Assembly: GCA_937921305.1 (NCBI GenBank)
Contig: CAKZSU010000007.1
Span: 45,330-109,329 of the forward strand
DNA: 64,000 bases
Source: an uncultured Patescibacteria group bacterium
GTDB taxonomy: Bacteria > Patescibacteriota > Microgenomatia > UBA10105 > UBA927
Direction of reading: 5' to 3'
In this document: positions 28,757 through 38,474 of the stretch, in pieces
Layout: each line of letters begins with the position of its first letter
How positions within the stretch are numbered: position 1 is the stretch's first letter
Made by a program: the position numbers and the translations under genes
The notes under the pieces: model-generated
What the model saw: only the letters and a program-made list of their open reading frames with translations
Told to the model about the DNA's origin: nothing
Databases searched by the model: none

Positions 28757-30995
28757 AGTCTAATGATATCATAAATATGATTCCTGATTGAGGAAAATTA
28801 CGCGTTTTTTTTGAAGAATATGCGTATTGTTGCAAACCATAATATGAACCTATCGCGCCTTCTTTCATCATCGTCATATACCGAATGACCGATAACAATA
28901 TCCAAACTGAACATCGATATTCTTCTATCTGCTCTGAAGGATATGGAAACGCTCTATTAGCAGTAAGAAACATACACAATACATGAAACATTCTCAGAAC
29001 GAGCTCTCCTTCGCTGTTTACATTCTGCCACACAATAAAATTCTCTTCTTGTTGATTAAAAAAACTCATCTGTGCATTTTCCTTCCTTGTATTGAGATGT
29101 TTCGTAAGACTAACTGCATCGCCTTGACCTTTTTCATCAACACCCTCTCTAGAAAAATCAAAACTATAACTAATGGAATTAAACGATGAAAAATCAACCG
29201 ATCGATTGGCGATGCGTTGGATTAATACTAAAAAACACATCACGACAGGAATATTTATCCGCTTATCCGATTTTTTATTTTCGTCATCCTCGAATACTTC
29301 GTATTCATCATATAGCAATTTGGAAACCATCGATAGTTGTTCATGTATCCATATAAAAAACTCCTTAAGGAGTAGATCATGATCGTCAATCATGTCAACA
29401 TCGTGTTCGTCGGTCGCTAGTTCATATAAAGATTGTCGTTCTTGTAACAATAAAAATGATTGATCATTTACTAAATCACAATCGCCAACATAACGAAGAA
29501 ACACCTGATACATGAACCACAATACCGACGCTTGTTCTTCAATATTTGAAGATTGTATCTCTTGATTGTTTTCACCCTCTGTTGCTCCCAACTGATTCTG
29601 ATCTTTTTCATCAATAATGATGATCGACTGTTCTTTTAATGCTCCTTTTCTTTCCCGAAAAGCGAAAATCGCTTCATCAAGTCCACGAGCATCTTCTTCG
29701 TCAACGTTTTCTCTGTTCTTCGGATTAATAACTCTATACTCCATTCGAGGCATCTCATCTTGAATTATGACCACAAACGGATCTACCCCCGAGATTTCTA
29801 AGAAATCGCCCATTTCTTGCTTTTTCAATACTCTTTCCGCACGATCAACATCAACCTGTTTGTTCGTTTCAAACAACTTGTCTTGAAAAGGGTATTGTTG
29901 CGATGAATCCGGTAAGACATCTTCTTTTTTATCACGAATACCAATCGAAACTTCGATAATGGGACGGTCTTTTTTTTCAATCGCAGTCGATGGACTTGCT
30001 TTAACTTCACCAGAAGACTTTATATATCTTCTACTCTCATCTGACCGACTTGTACCCACTCTTCCTTGATCGCTATCATTCTTGTCTGTTCCACTCTGTT
30101 CTTCTTTATCATCAGAAATAGTCTTACGTTCGTTTATTTCTAATGGTATTTCCCTTCTCGATAGAGGAATACCTTTCCTACTTTGTTCATCTTTTTCTTC
30201 AGCTTGTCTCGCAGAAAAAGATTGCTTTGAATCCTCATACGCCGTTTTTAATTCATTCGAACCACCCTTGCTCTTTCTCCGCAACGTATCATTATTATTA
30301 TTAGTAGTAGTAGTAGTAGATGATTCACAAAAAGAAGCAGGCGCGCATTGATTAGCTTTTGTCTCTTGAACAACCTGTTGAAGAACAGATTGCGCGTCAG
30401 GCAATGATATGGTTGCATCCGTAAGAATAAATACGCGATCTGAAGGAAAAACTTTGTTCAGGTGACCAAATTGACGCTGAGCGATAGCTTGTATTCCTTC
30501 AAACGAATGAAACAATCCGTCAGGAGCGGCATTGATAATCATTTGTTTTCCTCTCCTTGTTTCATGATCATATGTCATGACCACAACATCTCTATTATCT
30601 TTGCCTTCCCTTGCGTAACTGGTAACTACGATTGTTGCTCCTCGTCGAAATGCTTCCTCAATCATCCGCGATGTTTGATGATCGGAAAGAGAATACTGAT
30701 CGGGCGTTTTCCTTCGTTGATTGTCGTGCAGCGCTTCAAGCGAAATATTGTACGATGGAAAAAAGACCCGAGAATCATTAATCTCAAACTCTGCGGTGTA
30801 ATACGCGCCCTTCTCTGTACTCTCACGAATATATGAATAGACATCTAATTTATACCGATCACGAAATTGCCTTGCCGCTTTTCGCCGTATATCGCTATCA
30901 GTCCATCCCTGATCTTTGTATGCGATCGAAAGATCCTGACACAACAATTCATATGATTGACGAAAAACTTCTTTACTACATCCGCATGTTGCCAT
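28719..30995 (-). CDS. Large acidic hypothetical protein (758 aa) with a poly-Thr/Asn tract, co-oriented upstream of the VirD4-like gene
   Basis: Long ORF with no recognisable catalytic motif. The microsatellite (ATT)n(AGT)n at 30288-30320 encodes the TTTTTNNNN tract. Confidence 0.5.
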   Translation of the reverse strand: MATCGCSKEVFRQSYELLCQDLSIAYKDQGWTDSDIRRKAARQFRDRYKLDVYSYIRESTEKGAYYTAEFEINDSRVFFPSYNISLEALHDNQRRKTPDQYSLSDHQTSRMIEEAFRRGATIVVTSYAREGKDNRDVVVMTYDHETRRGKQMIINAAPDGLFHSFEGIQAIAQRQFGHLNKVFPSDRVFILTDATISLPDAQSVLQQVVQETKANQCAPASFCESSTTTTTNNNNDTLRRKSKGGSNELKTAYEDSKQSFSARQAEEKDEQSRKGIPLSRREIPLEINERKTISDDKEEQSGTDKNDSDQGRVGTSRSDESRRYIKSSGEVKASPSTAIEKKDRPIIEVSIGIRDKKEDVLPDSSQQYPFQDKLFETNKQVDVDRAERVLKKQEMGDFLEISGVDPFVVIIQDEMPRMEYRVINPKNRENVDEEDARGLDEAIFAFRERKGALKEQSIIIIDEKDQNQLGATEGENNQEIQSSNIEEQASVLWFMYQVFLRYVGDCDLVNDQSFLLLQERQSLYELATDEHDVDMIDDHDLLLKEFFIWIHEQLSMVSKLLYDEYEVFEDDENKKSDKRINIPVVMCFLVLIQRIANRSVDFSSFNSISYSFDFSREGVDEKGQGDAVSLTKHLNTRKENAQMSFFNQQEENFIVWQNVNSEGELVLRMFHVLCMFLTANRAFPYPSEQIEEYRCSVWILLSVIRYMTMMKEGAIGSYYGLQQYAYSSKKTRNFPQSGIIFMISLDYDRSPANQPITA

Positions 30996-31228
30996 ATGTT
31001 ACTCCCATAAAAAAACCTTCTCATCTCGAGAAGGCACAAAAACCACATTGCAAGCATAAACCACATAAAGCGAATCTTTTTAACTCTTATACTTGCAAGC
31101 TATGACAATTCTCCTGCTCGGGATGAATTACATACGGGGAGTTCCGGACTTTACCGTTGCGGCACAGTCTCTGAATTTCACAGAGTTCCTCGATCCGTAT
31201 GGGTAAAATTGGTATATTCTGTCAAAAT

Positions 31229-31792
31229 TTACTGATCTTGTTTTCTCTCAATTCCTCTCCATGGAACATCTTCAATTTTAAACGTATAATTCAAAAATCG
31301 AGCGAGCATAAATAACCAGTCTGACAATCGATTCATATATTGAAGGATCTTTTCATATTTTCCCCTTTTTTCTCCCGCATGTTGTTCGTACACTTTAACG
31401 ATCGCTCTTTCGGCTCTCCGACAGATACTCCTTGCAATGTGTGTTTTTGCGGCGATCGAACTTCCACCAGGAAGAATGAAATGGTTTAATGATGGAAGCA
31501 TTTCCTCCATAACATCAATCTCAACTTCAATCTCTGAAACTCTTGTCGCAAGATTGTGCAAGTCATGATCCCATCCAGCCAAGAATCCTCCAACAACAAA
31601 CAGATCTGATTGTATTTTCTGAAGAAGCGATTGTTTCTCTTCAAAAGTAATCTCGCTTACCAATAGTCCCATCCAACTATTGAGTTCGTCGACAAGACCA
31701 TACGCTTCAATTCGATCATGAGATTTGCTTACGCGCTTTCCTCCATATAACGATGTCTCTCCTCTGTCTCCTGTTTTTGTATAGATCGGCAT
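31229..31792 (-). CDS. PduO-type ATP:cob(I)alamin adenosyltransferase (MMAB family)
   Basis: IYTKTGDRGETSLYGGKRVSKSHDRIEAYGLVDELNSWMG. Confidence 0.8.
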   Translation of the reverse strand: MPIYTKTGDRGETSLYGGKRVSKSHDRIEAYGLVDELNSWMGLLVSEITFEEKQSLLQKIQSDLFVVGGFLAGWDHDLHNLATRVSEIEVEIDVMEEMLPSLNHFILPGGSSIAAKTHIARSICRRAERAIVKVYEQHAGEKRGKYEKILQYMNRLSDWLFMLARFLNYTFKIEDVPWRGIERKQDQ

Positions 31793-32240
31793 ACACCTGT
31801 TTCATATCATACCTTGATATGTTCTTCAATGATGAAATTGATAGATTGCAGAACAGAGCTTGTTCATGGGAAAATACACACGATAATTTTCTACAAAACA
31901 GCAAATATTTGAACTGTCATCTTTTATCATTCCGACATTAACCTGTTGATCCCACTCTCAACAACACGTCATTCTAACCTTGTTTCCAGATTTGTTGACG
32001 AACGAAGAAAAAATTTACTTCCAAACACTTTTAGATGCTGAAACGAGTTCAGCATAACAAAAAAGAACACTGAAATAAATTCAACATGACAAAGAAAAAT
32101 ATGATAAAATTCTTAAAAAACCCAAATATATGATTAAAAATTCATGAAAACGATCGCGATTGATCATGTTTGTTCAAAAAAATGATCCACATCATCCTAG
32201 TTGACTGAAACAAAACATACTCCCTAGCATAAATGCTAAT

Positions 32241-33242
32241 ATGAAGAATCGAATGATTATTTTTCTTTTGTCAATCACTATTGTTGCCTCAACGATTCTC
32301 ATCATTCAAAATCCAAAAAAGACACAGTCCACAACATCACATGTTGTATTATCGGAAATTCAAGTCCGATCGGTGGAAAATGCAAATGATGAATTTGTTG
32401 AACTATATAATCCGACAAACTCACCAGTTGATCTCTCGTCGTGGAAACTCTCAAGAAAAACCGCAAGCGGAACGGAAAGCGTACTTGTGGCAAGTCTCTC
32501 GGGAAGCATTCCAGCAAAAGGATTCTTTCTTATCGCCTCTCCAGAATCATCGACGGCTTCTCTCGCTGATCAAACCTATTCAACTGATCAACGTATCGCG
32601 GCAAACAATGCAATTCTTCTCTATAATCAGGAAGGAACTATTGTTGACATGGTAGGATTAGGGACAGCATCAGCAAGCGAAACAGCGACGATTGGAAATC
32701 CCGTCAACGGCGGAAGCGTAGAACGGAAAGCGAACGCGTCGTCAACAAGCGAATCCATGAATATTGGAGGCACTGATGAATTCCTTGGAAACGGATGGGA
32801 TACGGATAATAATAGTCTTGACTTTATTCAAAGAAGAGTAAGTCAACCACAAAACGCTTCTTTTCCGCCAGAACCCCCAATCATATCACCAACGCCAACT
32901 CCTTCTTCGTCACCAACGTTGCTTCCAACGCTAACGCCAACCACAACACCCAATCCAACCCCTACTTCATCTCCAACACCAACCATGACTCCAACAAACA
33001 CACCAACGCCCATCCCAACACAAACGCCATTACCAACGCAAATAGTCACTCCAACCATTTCGCCAACGACTCATCCTACCCATATTCCACAACCAACGCC
33101 GTCCATGTTCCCGACACCAACACCGCCGTTATGGAGAATGCCGCATATAACTATTCAATGCTCGATGACACAAAAGATAATCGATACACCATTATGGACA
33201 ATACGGATATCAATTCCTTCATGCAGGGTAATTCGTTTATAA
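32241..33242 (+). CDS. Lamin-tail-domain (LTD) protein with signal peptide and a long Pro/Thr-rich linker. The C-terminus possibly continues in another frame (33131..33460).
   Basis: [43 protein letters not shown] matches the LTD signature, followed by a PTPTPS... repeat. Confidence 0.65.
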   Translation: MKNRMIIFLLSITIVASTILIIQNPKKTQSTTSHVVLSEIQVRSVENANDEFVELYNPTNSPVDLSSWKLSRKTASGTESVLVASLSGSIPAKGFFLIASPESSTASLADQTYSTDQRIAANNAILLYNQEGTIVDMVGLGTASASETATIGNPVNGGSVERKANASSTSESMNIGGTDEFLGNGWDTDNNSLDFIQRRVSQPQNASFPPEPPIISPTPTPSSSPTLLPTLTPTTTPNPTPTSSPTPTMTPTNTPTPIPTQTPLPTQIVTPTISPTTHPTHIPQPTPSMFPTPTPPLWRMPHITIQCSMTQKIIDTPLWTIRISIPSCRVIRL

Positions 33243-33507
33243 AAATAAAAAAAGAAAAATTCATTGATTTACCAACTTACAAAAATAAAGCTTCTAATAA
33301 TTCTTCGTTAAGAATTACAACGGTAGTCGCACCTGAAGAACTGAGAAAATTAGGACAAGAACCGCCAATTCTCTATTGCAATCCCAAACGCAATACCCTA
33401 TATATTGCCGTCGTGATGAGCGGTCTGGGGGTGATGAGCTTCCTGCTGTCTATGGAGTAATTTTTGCAAATCCATCCAAATGAAAAAATCCCAGATACTC
33501 ATCTGTG

Positions 33508-34077
33508 TTACTCCCGTAAAAATTGTTCATCCAGTGTTTTTCGAATACTCATCCACCACTCTTGCGAATCTGTCGATCGAATCTGCTCCGCCAACTCTTT
33601 ACTCTCTTTCAATCGAAGCCGTTTCACATTGCTATCGAACCATTCTTGCGTATGCGTATGTCCGCGCTCTGTTAAAAGCTTCAACTCAACAAGAAACGCA
33701 AGAATGTTCGCTTCGTAGACAATACGAGCCTCCAGGGTCTTTTTTTCTTCATATACTTCCAACGTTCGAAGCAATTCAGGGTCAACACCTGAAAAGATAT
33801 CTGTATTCGCTCGATCTTCATGCCGTGTAATATAAAACTTCGCAAGTTTGTCAATTTCTCCTGTTCGAGCTTCATGAAAATCGTGAAAGATCGCCATGGT
33901 TAACACAGTTTCCGTGTTCGCACCTTTTAATTTGCACAGAAAATATGCGATAACAGCGGTCATAAAACTATGCTCTCCCACTCCTTCGCTATGACCGCCA
34001 AGAATCTGCCACCCTGTTCTTTGAAGTCTTTTGACAACAGCCGCTTCAAAGATAATATGAATCAACGATCGTTTCAT
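33508..34077 (-). CDS. HD-domain phosphohydrolase (YfbR-like 5'-deoxynucleotidase family)
   Basis: RTGWQILGG...HSFMTAVIAYFL...AIFHDFHEARTGEID (H..HD motif). Confidence 0.7.
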   Translation of the reverse strand: MKRSLIHIIFEAAVVKRLQRTGWQILGGHSEGVGEHSFMTAVIAYFLCKLKGANTETVLTMAIFHDFHEARTGEIDKLAKFYITRHEDRANTDIFSGVDPELLRTLEVYEEKKTLEARIVYEANILAFLVELKLLTERGHTHTQEWFDSNVKRLRLKESKELAEQIRSTDSQEWWMSIRKTLDEQFLRE

Positions 34078-34664
34078 TGAATGCGAAATGATACGTCCTG
34101 CGTTGAAGAAAGGATATCTGGAATCTCCCCTGTTTCTTCATCTCGAAGACCAAATAACGATGTTTGATCTTCCGCTCCTCGAACGAGCCGTATCGTGACA
34201 TCCCCCTTATCGCCAACCACAGTAAAAAATAGTTTCGCCAATTTTGTCTCTTCCATGAATGAAACTGGAGCAACACCGGCGGATTGATCACCAAAAAGGG
34301 AAAACACCGCTCTCCCTGGCTCAATGCTTACGATATGCAATGTCGGAAATGCTCCTTCATTTCTGATATTCTTTTCTTCTAATAATACTTTTGTTGGATC
34401 AAATGTAAGGACAATATACGCTTCCACAACGGGTTGACCGTCTGTCTTTGCCGTGACATACACAGGCATTAATTCTCCTTTCGACGCCCGATCCTTCACG
34501 ATTCCTAATCGAAGAAAAGGAGATGATATCGGCAACGACGGAAGAATTGTTTCTTCAGATGCCTTTGATCGAACATCTTGCGATTGATTCGTCAACACCA
34601 AAGACAGCACTGGAATAAATATAAGAAAAGCCACCAACGATAAAAATAAGAAAATGTTTTTCAT
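34074..34664 (-). CDS. Secreted hypothetical protein (beta-rich, cohesin-like?)
   Basis: N-terminal signal peptide MKNIFLFLSLVAFLIFIPVLSLV. No motif recognised. Confidence 0.35.
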   Translation of the reverse strand: MKNIFLFLSLVAFLIFIPVLSLVLTNQSQDVRSKASEETILPSLPISSPFLRLGIVKDRASKGELMPVYVTAKTDGQPVVEAYIVLTFDPTKVLLEEKNIRNEGAFPTLHIVSIEPGRAVFSLFGDQSAGVAPVSFMEETKLAKLFFTVVGDKGDVTIRLVRGAEDQTSLFGLRDEETGEIPDILSSTQDVSFRIQ

Positions 34665-34680
34665 ATACCCATAGAATACA

Positions 34681-35451
34681 TCACGATTCTTTAAGCGTTG
34701 TATATACCACTAATCGTTCATTGTAAATTTGCTCTTTCTTATCCCATATACCACCACATGTGATAAGATTTAAATTTTTCCCCGGTTTTGTAAAAAAGAC
34801 ATGCTCCGATGGAAATGTTTTGTAATGATGCATCTCTTTGCTTTCAACAATAAATGTCAACTCTCTTCCATCCTCAGAAACGACAATAACTTCATTGCCT
34901 GGCTCCAATGTCTTAAGTTTATAGAATACAGCAGGCTTCCCCGACGGCGTATCGTAGTGACCGCTGATCACCGCGTTCCCCTCTTCGCCAGGCTTGGCTC
35001 CATACACATACCAAGAAACATTCGCGGCGTTCTTTGGAACATCCATTTCGTGGGTCTTCGTCTGACCAACATGCTCAATATGAGTATCAATATTTAATGA
35101 TGGAATTTTTATGCGAACAGGAATAAATTCAATGGGGTTGGTTGGCATTTCTGCAGAAGATTCTTCTTTTGTTTCGTATATATTTTGAGGTGGAAGAAAA
35201 ACTTCAGTATCGCTCAAAAGAGCGGATTGTAGAACAAACTGCTTATAAAATTTTGGCACAAATATAAAGGCAGCGATACCATACGAAACAAGAAAAAATA
35301 TAAGAACAAACCATCGATAACGATTAATAAATCTATGAATTTTCGAAAAAATAGTGTTGTGATAAGCATTCTGTTCATTAATGCCCACACTACCAAGATT
35401 ACTTGCAGAAAACTGATAATTTGAAATTCCGTATTGGTATTGGTCGTCCAT
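34681..35451 (-). CDS. Sortase-family transpeptidase with an N-terminal transmembrane anchor
   Basis: Conserved His (VISGHYD), the TLITC catalytic Cys motif (NLNLITCGG) and a C-terminal Arg region. Confidence 0.7.
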   Translation of the reverse strand: MDDQYQYGISNYQFSASNLGSVGINEQNAYHNTIFSKIHRFINRYRWFVLIFFLVSYGIAAFIFVPKFYKQFVLQSALLSDTEVFLPPQNIYETKEESSAEMPTNPIEFIPVRIKIPSLNIDTHIEHVGQTKTHEMDVPKNAANVSWYVYGAKPGEEGNAVISGHYDTPSGKPAVFYKLKTLEPGNEVIVVSEDGRELTFIVESKEMHHYKTFPSEHVFFTKPGKNLNLITCGGIWDKKEQIYNERLVVYTTLKES

Positions 35452-35491
35452 TATTTCTAGCGTATCAAAAAAACAAGAAAGAGTAAAGCAG

Positions 35492-35563
35492 TACCTTCGG
35501 CGGGAATTGAACCCGCATCTTCGGCTCCGGAGGCCGACGCTCTCTCCGTTGAGCTACAAAGGC
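35492..35563 (-). tRNA. tRNA-Arg(CCG)
   Basis: GCCUUUG-UA-GCUC-AACGGAGA-GAGC-G-UCGGC-CUCCGGA-GCCGA-AGAU-GCGGG-UUCAAUU-CCCGC-CGAAGGU-A. The acceptor stem has two G-U wobbles. Confidence 0.8.
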
Positions 35564-35615
35564 AAAAGATTTTCTTAAAAAAGAAATGCGTATAATACAG
35601 GTATAACTTCGATAT

Positions 35616-37661
35616 ATGATACAAGCATTTATCAAACGTTATTATATCGCAGGATTTTGGATTCTGCTTATCGCGCATATCACGTTTGTTTGTTATACCT
35701 ATCGCGCGAAACTTCTTCAGCGATTCGATGAGGAATACTGGAAAGAACGACACGAACAATCTCAATGGAGAATGCTATTCTCTCCGCGAATTATTGGAGA
35801 TGATGGATTATACCTCTATCAGGGATATCTCTTTTCAAGAGGAGAAAATCCTGTATTACACAATCCAGAACATCCACCGCTTGGGAAATATCTTATCGGC
35901 GCAAGTATTCAATTATTTCACAACGGAAGCGCTGCTGGAGTGATACTTACGACAGGAGTTGTCATCACGTTCTTTTATTTATTGCGCCTTATCACGAAAA
36001 ACACACCACTTTCTCTGTTTTTTACCCTTCTTCTTGCGACGGATCCACTAATCACAGATCAATTTCATCTGACGATGCTTGATAGTCCGCAAACACTATT
36101 TCTTCTCCTTGCCGGGATCGGATTTATCAAATATAGTCCACTGTTTACAGGTATCTTTCTCGGTCTTTCCGCGGCAACAAAATTTCCTATTTTTCTTGTT
36201 CTTTTGGTTGTGGGAATACTCTTGTGGTATTTATCAAAAAAACAGCATTCTCAGCTCGTCTTATTTTTAGTCGCGCTTTTCGTTACCTATACCATGTCTT
36301 ATACGCAGTATTTCCGGCTTGGGTATACGATTGTTGATTTTCTCCGCGTGCAAAAACATATGGTCGCGTTTCACCAATCAAGCCAACTTGAATCAAACCG
36401 CGGATCGCTCTTCACCACTCTATTCTTTAATCGCTCCAAGAATCTTTTTACGGAAGAATGGCAACATGAACGTTTTTTTTCACCGATCTGGCCTATTGTT
36501 GCATTGTTTGGAATATTTGGAGCAATATGGATTCTTCTCAAAAAACGAAACGAACCGACGGTATTTATCGGCGCATACACTGTATCGTCAATCGCCATTC
36601 TCTCATTTATTCCATTTTGGACGAGATATCTTGTTGCTTTACTACCGTTCCTTTACACAGGAACAGCGATTATTATTTCTTCAATAATCAATCGACAATC
36701 GCATAAAATGCTCATGGTTTCAATCGAAGTGATACTCTTCTCGCTTCAGTATTTTGCGACACTTCGAACACTTGAACCTTCTAAACAAGAACAAGTACAG
36801 GCTTTCGCGTATAACATTCAATATGGATTCTTTCATGATATATATGAGCATGTTGACAAGCAAACAAAGCACATATATTCGCGAAAAACATTTGATCAGA
36901 TTGGAAAATCTTTTTTTCATGGCGCTCAGATAGAACGCGCATTTGCAACAATTGACACCAATCAAAACACTATATCAATCCGATATGTTACACGATACCT
37001 TGGCGAAATAAAAACAAATACAAAACTCGCACTCACAAAAGAGGATGGCACATGGAAAATTGTATGGGATTGGCGATACATTCATCCTGATTTTTCTCCT
37101 GAAACAACCACTCAAACAATGGTGGATCTTGCAAATCGCGGGAGCATCATCATCGATAACGAGCGGGTAGCATTTGACGCACCATCGTTTATCGCAATAA
37201 TTGATCCTCGAACAATCGATGCATCAAAAGAATGGGAGTTGTATGAAAAACTCTCGTCTCTTTTTTCTGGAACATTGTCGGCAACACACATTCATCATCG
37301 CGTCGTTTTTGATAATCCTAACAATCACCCTCGCGTCATTGGATCTCTTCCATTCTCACTGCCCACCAACGCCATTCATGTGCTTAGATCGTATTCAGGG
37401 GTAGTTCTTGAACCCGGATATATCCGAGCGCAATCAACTCGTTCTGGAACCGTGGAAAATACCGTTTTTGACGAATGCTGTTCTCGTATCTACTCTGTTT
37501 CAACTCATCATGGAACATCAGGGTATGAACAACAATATGATAAAATTCTCTCCGGCACAAACGGCGGATCAATCGTGTTTGTTTCAAAGGATGGAACAAG
37601 GAAAGAAATTCTAAAACAAACAAAAAAAGATGGAGAAGATATAAAGATTAAAACAGAGTAA
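35616..37661 (+). CDS. Polytopic membrane glycosyltransferase (GT39/GT83, PMT/ArnT-like) with a C-terminal soluble domain
   Basis: About 10 N-terminal transmembrane helices with the loop motif NPEHPPLGKYLIGASI typical of PMT/ArnT-family enzymes. 681 aa. Confidence 0.55.
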   Translation: MIQAFIKRYYIAGFWILLIAHITFVCYTYRAKLLQRFDEEYWKERHEQSQWRMLFSPRIIGDDGLYLYQGYLFSRGENPVLHNPEHPPLGKYLIGASIQLFHNGSAAGVILTTGVVITFFYLLRLITKNTPLSLFFTLLLATDPLITDQFHLTMLDSPQTLFLLLAGIGFIKYSPLFTGIFLGLSAATKFPIFLVLLVVGILLWYLSKKQHSQLVLFLVALFVTYTMSYTQYFRLGYTIVDFLRVQKHMVAFHQSSQLESNRGSLFTTLFFNRSKNLFTEEWQHERFFSPIWPIVALFGIFGAIWILLKKRNEPTVFIGAYTVSSIAILSFIPFWTRYLVALLPFLYTGTAIIISSIINRQSHKMLMVSIEVILFSLQYFATLRTLEPSKQEQVQAFAYNIQYGFFHDIYEHVDKQTKHIYSRKTFDQIGKSFFHGAQIERAFATIDTNQNTISIRYVTRYLGEIKTNTKLALTKEDGTWKIVWDWRYIHPDFSPETTTQTMVDLANRGSIIIDNERVAFDAPSFIAIIDPRTIDASKEWELYEKLSSLFSGTLSATHIHHRVVFDNPNNHPRVIGSLPFSLPTNAIHVLRSYSGVVLEPGYIRAQSTRSGTVENTVFDECCSRIYSVSTHHGTSGYEQQYDKILSGTNGGSIVFVSKDGTRKEILKQTKKDGEDIKIKTE

Positions 37662-37666
37662 TGTGC

Positions 37667-37753
37667 GGAAGAGGTGGGATTCGAACCCACGTTCCCGAAT
37701 ATCGGGACCAAGGTTTTCGAGACCTGGCCGTTAAACCACTCCGGCACCCTTCC
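37667..37753 (-). tRNA. tRNA-Ser(CGA), class II
   Basis: Acceptor GGAAGGG/CUCUUCC, anticodon loop CUCGAAA, long variable arm GGUCCCGAUAUUCGGGAAC, T-arm GUGGG-UUCGAAU-CCCAC. Confidence 0.8.
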
Positions 37754-37764
37754 AGATGATTGAG

Positions 37765-37836
37765 CGCTCCCGACAGGAATCGAACCTGTATCAGAAGTTC
37801 CGCAAACTCCTATTCTATCCATTGAACTACGGGAGC
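37765..37836 (-). tRNA. tRNA-Arg(GCG)
   Basis: GCUCCCG-UA-GUUC-AAUGGAUA-GAAU-A-GGAGU-UUGCGGA-ACUUC-UGAU-ACAGG-UUCGAUU-CCUGU-CGGGAGC-G. Confidence 0.75.
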
Positions 37837-37881
37837 ATCGCGTCTTGATTTTACTACATTTTATAAAGAAGAAAAACAAAG

Positions 37882-38370
37882 TTATTGATTTTTCGTTGTT
37901 TCAAGAGGTATTTTACGAGAAATCCATGACGCCGCTTTATCCGAAAATGTCCGCTCTGGAACTTCTCTCATTGAAAGAAAACGCATCATTACTTCTTTTA
38001 TGTCGTCTTTTGATAATCCTTCTACAATCATCATAACACGGTGATTTTGCTCTGTTGTTACAATAACCACCTCTTTGCCCCATTGTTGCTCGAACCAAAA
38101 CTCTTTCAGCTCATTCCACTGGTACATTTTCCCTGCCGTCTCAATTCCAAGATTAGTAATTGCGTGAACAACATTGCCGGGACGAACAGTAGAAAAGACA
38201 TATAACAAAAACGATACAGACACAACAGCGAAAATAAGAGGAATTTCTCGAGCAAAAAACAAAATAACAAGCAAAAAGAACACAATCGCCACGATATTTT
38301 GAAAGAACTCTTTATTGCGTTCCTTAAACAACCACGCTGGAGATTCCCATGTAAGATACACTGTTTTCAT
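37882..38370 (-). CDS. Hypothetical membrane protein
   Basis: 162 aa with two transmembrane helices. Confidence 0.35.
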   Translation of the reverse strand: MKTVYLTWESPAWLFKERNKEFFQNIVAIVFFLLVILFFAREIPLIFAVVSVSFLLYVFSTVRPGNVVHAITNLGIETAGKMYQWNELKEFWFEQQWGKEVVIVTTEQNHRVMMIVEGLSKDDIKEVMMRFLSMREVPERTFSDKAASWISRKIPLETTKNQ

Positions 38371-38474
38371 TGTTGATAACAGTATATATATATTTTCATT
38401 TTTTGAAAAGATCGCTCATTATAACAACTCACTATTTAGAAAAAACAATACCTAAAATAGTAAAATAATTACTA

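Noticed and set aside
31100-31228. Possible riboswitch or structured leader (hairpin CTCTG-TGAAATT-CAGAG) between the PduO-type adenosyltransferase gene and the 758-aa gene
   Set aside because: There is no recognisable riboswitch consensus (for example no cobalamin B12 box). A single short hairpin is insufficient evidence.
32843-33058. ORF encoding a VGVGVG-repeat peptide on the minus strand
   Set aside because: It is antisense to the Pro/Thr repeat of the LTD protein.
35457-35765. 102-aa ORF on minus strand
   Set aside because: It overlaps tRNA-Arg(CCG) and the start of the glycosyltransferase gene. It is spurious.
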